64,000 nt of DNA from Candidatus Multivorans sp. (GCA_965247095.1 OZ251997.1:1632001-1696000), one strand, 5' to 3'. Shown: positions 1 to 9,486, numbered from the stretch's first letter. Numbers and translations: made by a program. Notes: a model not told the origin generated them from the letters alone.

Positions 1-2495
1 GCCCGAATCAGCGACGACATCCTGTAGTCGTCCGCCCCGGCTTGCCGCAGGATGGACCGTACTGCCGGACCGTCGTTCGCCGTCACGCCGCGGCCGGTGG
101 CGAACACCAGGAGCTTCTCGGTCAACGTGGTCAGGAAGAGATCGGGCCGTGCCAGCAGCACGGCTTCGAGTTCGGCGACGCCGTCGAACGCCGAGCCGTC
201 CCAGAGTTCGCCCGAGGCGTCGATCGGCTGGCCGGTGTCAACCGTCCGCCAGCGGCCGATCGCGTCGTAGTTATCGAGTGCGAAGCCGACCGGGTCCATC
301 AGCCGGTGGCAGCCCGAACAGGCGGGGTTGTCGCGGTGCGCCGAGAGCCGCTCCCGAATCGGCAGTTCCCTGGCGACGATCTTCGCCTTCGGCAGGTCCG
401 GTATGTCGGGCGGCGGCGGTGGCGGCGGCACGCCGAGCAGGTTGTCGAGCACCCAGTTGCCGCGTACGACCGGCGACGTGCGGGTGGCGAAGGAGGTCAC
501 GGTCAGGATGCTGCCGTGACGCAGAAGCCCGCCGCGGGCGCTGTCGTCGCCCAGGTCGACCCGGCGGAACCGGCTGCCGACGATGTGCGGAATGCCGTAG
601 TGCCGGGCCAGGCGTTCGTTCAGGAAGGTGTAGTCGGCCCGGAGCAGATCGAGGACGCTGCGGTTCTCGCGCAGAATGCTGCCTACGAACAGTTCCGTCT
701 CGCGCCTGAACGACTGCCGCAGGTTCTCGTCGAAGTCGGGGAACAGGCGCTTGTCCGGCGTCACACCGTCCAGGTTGCGGAGGTGCAACCACTGCGCCGC
801 GAAGTTCGTGACCAGGTTCTCCGCCCTCGGATCGGCGAGCATCCGTTCGACCTGCCGTCGGAGGCGGTCCGGGTCGCTCAGTTCGCCTGCTTCCGCCGCG
901 GACAGCAGCTCGTCGTCCGGGATGCTGCTCCAGAGGAAGAACGCGAGCCGCGACGCGAGCTCCAGGTCGCTGATCCGGTACGGCGCCCCAGCCGCTGCCC
1001 CCTTGGGCTCCCGCTCGATCCGAAACAGGAACTCGGGACTGACCAAGACGGCGGCCAGACCCATCTCGATGCCGGCTTCGAATCCTCCCTCGGCCTTCGC
1101 CTGGCTATAGAGAGCGAGGGGACCCCGCACGTCGTCGTCCGTCACCGGCCGGCGGTAGGCGCGGCGTATCAGGTTCTTCAGGATCTCCTGCGCGCAGCCG
1201 TTCTCGTCGGCCGCGCTCCGCGGCTGGCAGACGAAGACACTCTGCCGGCTTGGGGTATCGCCGGCGCCCACGCCGCCAAACGCCTCGCAGGCTCGGAGTT
1301 TGGCCCCAGCCCCCACCTCACCGGACACCCGCAGCTCGGAGCGCGCTTCGCTCTGCTCCGAGCGGCACGCGCCCGGTTGCAGATACGGCCCGACGATCGA
1401 GACCGAGAAGATCGCCGGCTGAACGCGCGGGTGCCGGTAGTAGTTGAAGTGCGACTCGTAGGGCTGCCGCGCCGTCTCCAGCAACACCCACGGCCGGGCC
1501 GGGAAGGTGACGCCGACACCGTGCGGACCGGCGCTCACCGGCACCCGGATGACCAGGTGATCGTCCACATCGTCCTGCGACGGCTGGTAGTTCAACGCCA
1601 CGTCGCTCATCAGGTCCGGTGGCGCCACGCTGAACGTCTCGATCCGCTCCCGGTCGATCAACAGCTCCAGGTCGTGCGGCTCGCTCAGGCCCTCGACGTG
1701 CTCGTTGCGGTCACGCGCGAGCCGGATCGAGAACTCGTAGACCCCGTCGGCCGGGAAGTTCCAGGTCGCGAGGAGGCCGCCGCGGGTGCCGACGGGCAGC
1801 CCCTCGACGTGCTTCTCCTGGGTCAGATCGGGGTCCGTGCGGAAGGTGACCCCGGTCGGCTCGTCCGCCCGGCCCACCGCGAGGCGGCTGATCTTCTCCG
1901 CCGCACCGACGTAGCGTTCCAGCAGGGTCGGCGAGAGGTCGCCGACGGTCACGTTGTCGAAGCCGAAGCTCGAGGAATCGCCCGGCAGCAGCGCCGCGAC
2001 GTCGACCTCCAGCGCGATCAGGTCGCGCACCGCGTTGTGGTACTCGGTGCGGTTCAGCCGGCGGAAGGTCTCGGTCCGGCCCGGATCGGGCGACTCGGCG
2101 GCGATGCGGTCGAGTTCCGTCTCGAGGGACGAGAGTGCCTCGACATAGGCGCTGTCGTCCGGGCGCCGGCGGCCCGGAGGCGGCATCTGCCGCGCCCGCA
2201 GCTTGCGGGCGACCTTCTCCCAGGACGCGCGATCAACGCCCGCGTGCTGCTCGACCAGCGCGTCGAGTTCAAGGCCCGCCGTCTTGAGCCGGTTGTTGTG
2301 GCAGCCCAGGCAGTGGCGCGAGATGAGGAGGCGGTGCGGCGCGTCAGCGTCGAAGGCCGGGGCCGCGGCCGGAGCAGCCGCCGGGGGCCCGGCAACTGCA
2401 GTTGACCCAGCCGCCGCAAGTAGCCCGCCGAGACACACGGCAGCCACCCGAATCGCCCGCGGGCGATGACTGCGACGGCGTCGTGGCTGGTGCAT
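1..2495 (-). CDS. DUF1592/DUF1588/DUF1587/DUF1585-domain (PSCyt-type) secreted cytochrome c protein, 3' end runs off the window
   Basis: Not in the ORF track (no stop in window). My translation of the minus strand gives MHQPRRRR...signal, then CLGCH, WEKVARKLRARQMPPP, RRLNRTEYHNAVRDL, RGGLLRHGSILTVTS...TSPVVRGNWVL and HRDNPACSGCH. GGAG precedes the ATG at 2495. Confidence 0.9.
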   Translation of the reverse strand, partial: MHQPRRRRSHRPRAIRVAAVCLGGLLAAAGSTAVAGPPAAAPAAAPAFDADAPHRLLISRHCLGCHNNRLKTAGLELDALVEQHAGVDRASWEKVARKLRARQMPPPGRRRPDDSAYVEALSSLETELDRIAAESPDPGRTETFRRLNRTEYHNAVRDLIALEVDVAALLPGDSSSFGFDNVTVGDLSPTLLERYVGAAEKISRLAVGRADEPTGVTFRTDPDLTQEKHVEGLPVGTRGGLLATWNFPADGVYEFSIRLARDRNEHVEGLSEPHDLELLIDRERIETFSVAPPDLMSDVALNYQPSQDDVDDHLVIRVPVSAGPHGVGVTFPARPWVLLETARQPYESHFNYYRHPRVQPAIFSVSIVGPYLQPGACRSEQSEARSELRVSGEVGAGAKLRACEAFGGVGAGDTPSRQSVFVCQPRSAADENGCAQEILKNLIRRAYRRPVTDDDVRGPLALYSQAKAEGGFEAGIEMGLAAVLVSPEFLFRIEREPKGAAAGAPYRISDLELASRLAFFLWSSIPDDELLSAAEAGELSDPDRLRRQVERMLADPRAENLVTNFAAQWLHLRNLDGVTPDKRLFPDFDENLRQSFRRETELFVGSILRENRSVLDLLRADYTFLNERLARHYGIPHIVGSRFRRVDLGDDSARGGLLRHGSILTVTSFATRTSPVVRGNWVLDNLLGVPPPPPPPDIPDLPKAKIVARELPIRERLSAHRDNPACSGCHRLMDPVGFALDNYDAIGRWRTVDTGQPIDASGELWDGSAFDGVAELEAVLLARPDLFLTTLTEKLLVFATGRGVTANDGPAVRSILRQAGADDYRMSSLIR

Positions 2496-2629
2496 CTCCA
2501 ACTCCCGGCTGAAGATCAGATCTGGATACAACGGTACGGGCCACAGTCTAACAGTCGGCCAAGTCGCTGCATGTTCAATGAACCGTACTTCCTAGGTTCC
2601 TTCCGCTCGCGGTCCTAGGATCTCAGACA

Positions 2630-3541
2630 GTGACAGGAATCGACCATCGAATCCGGGCGCTGCTGGTGGCCGCGGTCATCCTCGCTCAGCCGGCAACGGG
2701 CGAGGAGTCAGAGCCTGCCCGCTACGAGAGTGCCCTTGCCGAGTGGCGTGCCGATCGGGTGGCGAGCCTCAAGGGCCCGGATGGTTGGCTCAATCTGGCG
2801 GGCCTGTACTGGCTGAAGGGAGGCGCCAACAGCTTCGGCACCGCAACCGGTAACGACCTCGTGACGCCTGAAGGATCGGCGCCGCCGACGCTCGGGGTCT
2901 TCGCAGTCGAGGACGGCGCGGTCACCTTCCGGGCCGAACCGGGCGTCGAGGTCCTGCACGGCAAATCACCCGTCACCGAGATGCTTCTGGTGGACGATCA
3001 GGAGGCCGACCCCACCCTCCTCACCCACGGCTCCCTGGCCTGGACCGTCATTCGGCGCATGGACCGGGTGGGTGTCCGTCTTCGGGACTACGATCATCCC
3101 GCCGTGACGGCCTTCGCCGGCATCGAGTCCTACCCCACAGACCAGGACTGGCGGATCGAAGCAAGGTTCGAGGCCTATCCCGAACCCCGGAAGATCCGGG
3201 TCGCCACGGTCGTCCAGGGGCTCGGCTGGGAACCGACCGTTCCCGGCACCCTGGAGTTCGAGGCCCAGGGGCAATCGCTGTCGCTGGAGGCCTACCGATC
3301 CGACGATGGGTTCTTCATCGTGTTCGCCGACGACACAACCGGCGACACGACCTACCCCGCCGGCCGCTACCTCGCCGCCGCCTTGCCCGGCCCGGACGGA
3401 ACCACGATCCTCGACTTCAACAAGGCATACAATCCGCCCTGCGTGTTCAGCGAGTTCGCCACCTGTCCGTTGGCCACGCCCCGGAATCGGCTCGCGGTGG
3501 CAGTGGAGGCGGGCGAGAAGTACGCACCCGATCCGCCATAG
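2630..3541 (+). CDS. DUF1684 domain-containing secreted protein
   Basis: Signal peptide; GWLNLAGL, TTYPAGRYL and LDFNKAYNPPC...CPLA..NRL..AVEAGEK motifs. Confidence 0.88.
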   Translation: MTGIDHRIRALLVAAVILAQPATGEESEPARYESALAEWRADRVASLKGPDGWLNLAGLYWLKGGANSFGTATGNDLVTPEGSAPPTLGVFAVEDGAVTFRAEPGVEVLHGKSPVTEMLLVDDQEADPTLLTHGSLAWTVIRRMDRVGVRLRDYDHPAVTAFAGIESYPTDQDWRIEARFEAYPEPRKIRVATVVQGLGWEPTVPGTLEFEAQGQSLSLEAYRSDDGFFIVFADDTTGDTTYPAGRYLAAALPGPDGTTILDFNKAYNPPCVFSEFATCPLATPRNRLAVAVEAGEKYAPDPP

Positions 3542-3577
3542 GACGCGATCGAACAGGACCGGCTACTCGGCGTAGAC

Positions 3578-3630
3578 CGATTTCGCTCGACAAAAGCGCC
3601 TATCTTCGGTACTTTTGACGAGTGAAATCG
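3578..3630. promoter_or_regulatory. Inverted-repeat operator overlapping the putative abiE promoter
   Basis: CGATTTCGCTCGACAAAAG (3578-3596) and CTTTTGACGAGTGAAATCG (3612-3630) are complementary at 17/19. TCGACA (3587) - 17 bp - TACTTT (3610) resembles -35/-10. Confidence 0.7.
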
Positions 3631-4425
3631 AGATCGAACCGTCTTACGGCATCTCACCTGCTCCGTGACTGGAGCTCCCGCGGCCGCTATCACTTCTCGA
3701 CGGAAGAGATGGCAAACGAGCTCGGCGTTTCGCTGACGGCGACAAGGTCAGCGCTCAGGCGTCTCAAGAAGAAGAGGCTGGTGGCGACGCCCTACCGAGG
3801 CTTTCACGTCGTCATCCCGCCGGAGCACCAGCGACTCGGCTGTCTGGCCGCCGAGCAGTTCGTGCCTCAGCTCATGGACCGGCTCGGAATCCCCTACTAT
3901 GCCGGGCTTCTGACGGCCGCTCGGTACCACGGCGCTGCGCACCAGCAGCCGCAGATCTTCCAGGTCGTCGTCCCCAAGAACCGGCCACCGATCCACTGCG
4001 GACTAGTCGAGGTCGGATTCGTCGCTCGCCGGAACGCAGCGGCGATTCCGGCACAGAGGGTGAACACGCCGCGCGGTTTTCTCAGGATCTCTTCCCCCGA
4101 GGCCACGGCCTACGACCTCGTCGGCTACCCGGGGCACTGTGGCGGGCTCGACAACGTAGCCACTGTTCTCTCGGAACTGGGAGAGAGTCTCGATCCCGGG
4201 AGACTCTCGTCGCTCGGTGAGCTCTCGCCTATCCCCTGGTCCCAACGCCTCGGTTTCCTCCTCGACCTGGTCGAGCACTCGTCCCGGAGCAAGGCCCTCG
4301 CCGACTTCGTGGAGAATCACGCGACGGAAACAGCGGTTCTGGTCCCCGGCGGGAGCAAGGCCTCTGCCAGGCGCAATGCCCGCTGGAAGCTCCTGATCAA
4401 CGCCGCCCTGGAACCGGACCTTTGA
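3622..4425 (+). CDS. abiEi: Type IV toxin-antitoxin AbiEi-family antitoxin
   Basis: N-terminal wHTH-like region, YYAGLLTAARYHGAAHQQPQ and ISSPEATAYDLV motifs; TTGA overlap with the AbiEii gene. Confidence 0.88.
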   Translation: MKSRSNRLTASHLLRDWSSRGRYHFSTEEMANELGVSLTATRSALRRLKKKRLVATPYRGFHVVIPPEHQRLGCLAAEQFVPQLMDRLGIPYYAGLLTAARYHGAAHQQPQIFQVVVPKNRPPIHCGLVEVGFVARRNAAAIPAQRVNTPRGFLRISSPEATAYDLVGYPGHCGGLDNVATVLSELGESLDPGRLSSLGELSPIPWSQRLGFLLDLVEHSSRSKALADFVENHATETAVLVPGGSKASARRNARWKLLINAALEPDL

Positions 4426-5244
4426 TCCCCGCAGACTTCATCGCCGAATGGCGGGAGCAGGTCCCGTGGGTTCAGAACTCACAGGTGGAACAGGATCTGG
4501 TCATCAGCCGTGCCCTGGCTGAGATCTTCGCCGACGACGGCCTTGTCCGAACTCTCACCTTTCGAGGAGGAACCGCACTCTTCAAGCTCTATCTGGCTCC
4601 ACCACCGCGCTACTCGGAAGACATCGATCTCGTCCAGACGGTTGCCGAGCCGATCGGCCCGACCATCGACCACCTGCGCCATCGGCTCGACTCCTGGCTC
4701 GGCGAGCCGAGGCGCTCCTTCAAGGAGGGGCGAGTGACCCTCCTCTATCGGTTCGCGTCGGAGGACGCGCCCCCTCTTCCACTGCGCCTCAAGATCGAGA
4801 TCAACTCGCGGGAGCACTTCAACGTGCTGGAGCTTGTTCACAAACGCTTTGGGGTCAGATCCCGTTGGTTCTCGGGCACGGCTCGGATCCCGACGTACGC
4901 ACTGGACGAGCTACTCGGGACGAAGCTGCGCGCTCTGTACCAGCGCAAGAAGGGTCCGGGACCTCTTCGATCTCTGGTGGGCTTCGCGGCAGGTCGAAGT
5001 CGACTTCGATCGCGTCGTTCATTGTTTTGTCGAGTACCTCGCAGCCGAGGGTCACAGGGTCTCCCGAGCCGAGCTGGAAGCGAATCTGGCGGGAAAACTT
5101 CAGGACCCGGTATTCCTCGCCGACCTTCAGCCTCTCCTGGCACCCGGAGTCACGTGGGATCTCGACGCCGCGGCCGAGTGGGCATTCGAGGAGATCACGC
5201 CTCGGCTCAGGGGAAACCCCTGGAAGGGGACCAGGGAACGCTGA
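4422..5244 (+). pseudogene. abiEii: AbiEii-family nucleotidyltransferase toxin, +1 frameshift near 4956
   Basis: Frame 1: QVEQDLVISRAL, FRGGTAL.K, RYSEDIDL, KIEINSRE, KLRALYQRKKG. The continuation RDLFDLW...GNPWKG is in another frame (AAGGGT-C-CGGGAC). Confidence 0.85.
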
Positions 5245-5655
5245 CGATCCGGCGCATCGCCCCGACGGCTTCGCCGGCAAGGAGCGGGCCTGGAACGACC
5301 GGGAGCTGCTGCGGCTGTGGCGGGTCGAGTGGCAGGGCCTCACGAACGTCGCTCTCGATCGCGCCGGCCGGAGCGGATCGACCACCGCTCCCTACCGACC
5401 AGTCGAGGACGCGCTCTCCCGCGGCGACGTCGAGAAGGCCGCGAAGCTGCACCGGGCGCCCCAGATTCACCTGGGGCCGGCGGTCTGGGCGGCAGCCCGC
5501 TCCGGGCGACCGCACCCCCGCATCGAGCGCGCCAAGCGCCTCCAGGAGGCGTTCAGGAGCGCCGTGGACGACTACCGCGGCGAACTGCTCGCGGTGGAGG
5601 AGCGGCAACGCCGGCTCTACCGCTTGGCCGCGGCCCAGGCGCGGTCCCTACCGCC
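5241..5655 (+). pseudogene. MobA/MobL (MOBQ) relaxase remnant
   Basis: Across frameshifts it reads LTIRRIA-PDGFAGKERAWNDRELLRLWRVEW..LTNVALDRAG, ERIDHRS (5371) and PQIHLGP (5459), matching the C-terminal part of the MobA/MobL domain. Confidence 0.75.
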
Positions 5656-5663
5656 CCGCCACG

Positions 5664-5718
5664 AGTGTGCAGTCTTTTTCAGTTGCCACAAGTGTGCAGT
5701 TTTCGGTTGCCATTGACA
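5664..5718 (-). mobile_element. Solo IS21-family-like terminal repeat
   Basis: Reverse complement starts TGTCAATGGCAACCGAAAACTGCACACT, followed by a second copy GTGGCAACTGAAAAAGACTGCACACT. A TG end with multiple internal repeats is typical of IS21. No istA/istB in window. Confidence 0.7.
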
Positions 5719-6013
5719 GTTCACCCCGAAACCGGCCGGAAAGACACCTCCCGAGCCGGAACCCCGGCGCGCTCCCGCGCAGGCGCTGCCTGGCACACCC
5801 TCCCCCCGGCGCCCCCCAACGCCGGCCGCTGGCAGCTCCTCGAGGGCGCGATCGAGGCCTGGCCACGCCCTGCAGGAGCGACCTTGGTCCCCGCCTGGCG
5901 GCGGCCCGGTGGAGCAGAGATTCACCTTCTTCTGATCGGCACTTCCGGCATCCTGTGAGGGCCGGTCTTAGCCTTCCCGCAGGGACTCCGCCGGGAGCGA
6001 CCCCGCCCCGGAC

Positions 6014-6227
6014 GTGGAACGAACAGTGGAACGGGAGGGGTAAGTCCAGACCGCACGAAGTGGGGCCTGGAGGGGGGCGCTCCCAGCACGCCCCCCCGCT
6101 TCCTGCGGCCCGGTCGTTGTCCCGAATCGGAGGGTAACGACTGGAGGGAGAAGGGATAGCAGCGGGCGCGATGTGGAACGCGGGGCGGCTGCTGCGTGGA
6201 ACGGCGGGGGGTGTGTCCCTGTTCCAT
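6014..6227. repeat. Cluster of GTGGAACG octamers
   Basis: Exact GTGGAACG at 6014, 6026, 6173 and 6196; inverted GTTCCAT at 6221. Confidence 0.55.
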
Positions 6228-6460
6228 CCTTGTGCGGCGTGATCAGACCAGGGCGTCGGGAGCGGGGCGGCGCGTTCGAGGGCGCCGGCACCGGCGCCCA
6301 CTCGGACACTGGGCAGAGGTTGCGGCTGAAAGGAACCCTCTATGACAGGCAGCTCGAAGCCGACAACGCCACTATTCATGCGAGCATTGACCGAGCAGTA
6401 ACCCAGCTTCGCCTCCGCCCGCGAAGCGCCCGGCATGAACCGCTGACATTGGAGAACACC

Positions 6461-6667
6461 ATGACCCACACCCCCGATCACCTCACGGCCGCGACCGAGT
6501 CCGAGTTCGCGGCGGCGCTTGACCAGGCGATCGCCACCGGCCGGCCGGTCCAGGCCCCGATCGAGGTCCTGCGGGCCTTCGGCCTTCCGGAGTGCGATGA
6601 CGAATCGGCCGAGGCGGCCGACTGGCAAGGCCGCCCGGACCTGGCGCTAGTGCCGGACCTCCGGTGA
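6461..6667 (+). CDS. Small acidic hypothetical protein (68 aa)
   Basis: GGAG RBS before ATG 6461; MTHTPDHLTAATESEFAAALD... Confidence 0.55.
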   Translation: MTHTPDHLTAATESEFAAALDQAIATGRPVQAPIEVLRAFGLPECDDESAEAADWQGRPDLALVPDLR

Positions 6668-6685
6668 AACTGCGCCGGAGAAAAC

Positions 6686-7393
6686 ATGAGCAAGAGAGAG
6701 CCGAGCCGCCGCTTTCAGGCATGGATAAACCCGCTGGCCTTCCCTGAAGTCGATTTCTCGCCTGCAGGCGACCCCGACTCCACAAGCGCTGAAACGATCC
6801 TGTCGTTTCTCTGTCGGCCTGAAACGCCGAATGATCCCGAGAGTCTCGTCAAGCGCTACAAGAGGATCAGTAGCACTGAGCTACCGCCATCGCTGGTTCC
6901 GGCTGCGCCAAGGATTCTCGAGAAGCTGGTGTGGCCCCTTCGGGAGGCGCAGGGCTCGTACGTCATCGGCAACAACCTCTCCACCGTTGTCCTGTGCGGT
7001 CTGGCCGCGGAGATGGTTGCGATGCTGTTGTGGAAGTTGGCAGAGACCCAGCTGAACGCTCGGACAATGAAGAAGAAGGACGAGGAGACCTTGTACGGGC
7101 GCTCCTTTGAGAACCTCGCGCAAGCGCGCCGGGTGGAGATCTTGAGCGCGTACGGCATCATCGAACCAGGTCGCGCTGAGGATTTCGACACGATTCGCAG
7201 GACCCGAAACAAGTACCTACACCGGTGGTCCCACGGTCATGATGATCTTCAAGCAGACGCCGAGAAGTGCTTTCACGCAGCGACTCGACTGGTGAGGGAA
7301 GCGATTGCCCCGCTCGGCTTCGAGGATGGCAAGATCATGCTGAATCCGAAGTTGGTGAAGTACTTGGCGCAGGAGGAAGGGACAGACCCCTAG
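6686..7393 (+). CDS. Hypothetical protein with HEPN-like RxxxxH motif
   Basis: GGAG RBS; EAQGSYVIGN..STVVLCGLAAE helix and IRRTRNKYLH motif; visibly more AT-rich than its neighbours. Confidence 0.7.
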   Translation: MSKREPSRRFQAWINPLAFPEVDFSPAGDPDSTSAETILSFLCRPETPNDPESLVKRYKRISSTELPPSLVPAAPRILEKLVWPLREAQGSYVIGNNLSTVVLCGLAAEMVAMLLWKLAETQLNARTMKKKDEETLYGRSFENLAQARRVEILSAYGIIEPGRAEDFDTIRRTRNKYLHRWSHGHDDLQADAEKCFHAATRLVREAIAPLGFEDGKIMLNPKLVKYLAQEEGTDP

Positions 7394-7599
7394 AACGGCC
7401 CTAATCGCCCCGTTCCCCCCGGGAAGTGCTGCCGGAGAACAACCAACCCCACAGGTCGTCAAGTAGCTCGAACACCGCCCGCGATTCCTAGCCCCCTTGG
7501 GGCGCGGTCTGGCCGGCCTCTAGACGGTGGCCGTGTGTGTACGCGATAACCGACGACCAACCGCAGCGAGCGCCAACACCCCGTCTACTCAGAGAGTGC

Positions 7600-7670
7600 G
7601 AACCCGGTGGCGCGATCCGGGCCACCCGTGAACCAGTCCGTGCGCCCGTCAGCGGGCGCACGGATCGCGC
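7600..7670 (+). repeat. Double-hairpin REP-like repeat, copy 1 (intergenic)
   Basis: AACCCGGTGGCGCGATCCGGGCCACCCG-TGAACCAG-TCCGTGCGCCCG-TCAG-CGGGCGCACGGA. Confidence 0.85.
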
Positions 7671-7728
7671 CTCCCCTGGGACCCTCCCCAAAGGACCCGG
7701 CGCAGGCGGGTGCAGCCGATCCGAGGCG

Positions 7729-9486
7729 CTACGCCGTAGCCGGGCGGCTGCGCACGAGCCGGCCCGGCAGGGCGCCGGTGACTTCGTCGTTCTCGAGCAC
7801 GACCTCGCCGGCGCAGATGGTGGCGTCGTAGCCCTGGGGCCGCTGCATGTAGCGCTTCGCGTTCTCGGGCAGGTCGTAGACTAGGTACGGCGCTTCGGAC
7901 GACAGCCGGTCGAAGTCGATCACGCTGATGTCGGCGCGCTTGCCGGGGGCGAGGACGCCCCGGTCGGCCAGACCGTAGAGTGCGGCGTTGGCGCCGGTCT
8001 GCTTGTGGACGATCGTCTCCAGTTCGATCTTCGCGCCGCGGCTGCGGTCCCGGCCCCAGAAAGCGAGGTTCCAGCTCGGCATGTGCGCGTCGCTGACGGC
8101 GCCCACGTGGGCCCCGGCGTCACTCAGGCCGTTGCAGGTCAGCGGATGGCGCATCAGGTCGCCCATGTAGTCGAAGTTCCGCTTCGAGTAGCCGTCCAGG
8201 TAGAACAGGAGCAGTGTCTTGCCATCGCCCTGCGTCAGGAGCTCGTAGAAGGCCTCCGGCCCGGTGAGGCCGTGACGCTTCGCGTAGGTCAGAACACTCG
8301 CCTCGTCGTCCGGCTCGTAGTTCGGCGGATCGCCCAGCACGTAGACCGCCTCCGGCTGCGAGTGCATGAGTTCCAGCAGGCCCGGCAGCAGACTGCCCGG
8401 CGTCGCGTCGACCAGGAACGGGTGGTCCACTTCTTCCGGGCTGTTGCGGCGGGCGTCGTTGGCCATGTCCCAGCCGCTGGCCAGGATCTTCGCGCGCACC
8501 TCGGGGTCGCGCATCCGGGCCAGCCGCTCCGGCATCGGCAGGTGGCCAACCAACTCCCGGTACGCGTAGTTCAGGACGTACGGATGGAGCGAACCTTCCA
8601 GGTTCATCAGCACCGTCGTGCCCCGGCCGCGGATCTGGGGAAAGACGCGCAAGCCCTCGTCCCGACGCGCTTCGAGCATGGACAGCGTCTCCTGCGCCAT
8701 CTCGCCCGAGAGATAGGTCACCGTGATCCCTTCCTTGCGGCCGAGGCTGAGCAGCCACTCCCGCTCGAACGGCCCGACGAACTGGAACACGCCGCCGCCG
8801 GCCTCGGTCATGCCATTGGCGATCGCCTCGAGCTCCGGGTAGCGGGCGAACGTGCCCGGAATCATCTCGCCCTCCTTCGTGCGGTGCGCCAGCAACCGGT
8901 TCGAGGACACCCCGAAGGCGCCGGCGTGCACGCTCTCACGCACCAGCCGCGCCATCTCGGCCAATTCGTCGTCCGTGGGCTGGATGTCCTCGGCGCCGCG
9001 TTCGCCCATCACGTAGGTGCGGAGCGCGCAGTGCGGGACCTGGGTGATCACGTCCATGATCCGCGGCTTGCCGTCGATCGCGTCCAGGTACTCGGGGAAG
9101 GTCTCCCACTTCCACTCCATGCCCGCCGACATCGCGATTGCCGGAATGTCCTCGACCGCGTCCATCAGTTCGAGCAGCCATTCGCGGTCCTTCGGCTTCA
9201 CCGGCGCGAAACCGACGCCGCAGTTGCCCATGACGATCGTCGTCACCCCGTTCCAGCACGACGGCGTGAGGTACGGATCCCAGGACACCTGAGCATCGAA
9301 GTGGGTGTGGATGTCGATCCAGCCCGGAACGACCAGCTTGCCCTCGGCGTCGATCTCTCGGCGCGCCCTGCCTACGTCGTCGCCGACGGCAGTGATCGTC
9401 GCGCCGTCGACGGCCACGTCGCCGTGGAACTCGGGGGCGCCGGTGCCGTCGATGACGCGGCCGTTACGGATTGCGATGTCGTGCAT
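7729..9486 (-). CDS. N-acyl-D-amino-acid deacylase family amidohydrolase
   Basis: PGWIDIHTHFD, GVTTIVMGNCG, SDAGAH and GKRADISV motifs; start MHDIAIRNG after AAGGA. Confidence 0.9.
   Translation of the reverse strand: MHDIAIRNGRVIDGTGAPEFHGDVAVDGATITAVGDDVGRARREIDAEGKLVVPGWIDIHTHFDAQVSWDPYLTPSCWNGVTTIVMGNCGVGFAPVKPKDREWLLELMDAVEDIPAIAMSAGMEWKWETFPEYLDAIDGKPRIMDVITQVPHCALRTYVMGERGAEDIQPTDDELAEMARLVRESVHAGAFGVSSNRLLAHRTKEGEMIPGTFARYPELEAIANGMTEAGGGVFQFVGPFEREWLLSLGRKEGITVTYLSGEMAQETLSMLEARRDEGLRVFPQIRGRGTTVLMNLEGSLHPYVLNYAYRELVGHLPMPERLARMRDPEVRAKILASGWDMANDARRNSPEEVDHPFLVDATPGSLLPGLLELMHSQPEAVYVLGDPPNYEPDDEASVLTYAKRHGLTGPEAFYELLTQGDGKTLLLFYLDGYSKRNFDYMGDLMRHPLTCNGLSDAGAHVGAVSDAHMPSWNLAFWGRDRSRGAKIELETIVHKQTGANAALYGLADRGVLAPGKRADISVIDFDRLSSEAPYLVYDLPENAKRYMQRPQGYDATICAGEVVLENDEVTGALPGRLVRSRPATA

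Noticed and set aside
42-2405. 787-aa plus-strand ORF
   Set aside because: Antisense shadow of the DUF1592 gene; no motifs.
5960-6120. MOBQ oriT near the relaxase remnant
   Set aside because: The core TAAGTGCGCCCT nick motif was not found on either strand.
4422-6137. 571-aa AbiEii fusion protein
   Set aside because: The extension is an artefact of the frameshift at ~4956, and the tail is low-complexity off-frame sequence.
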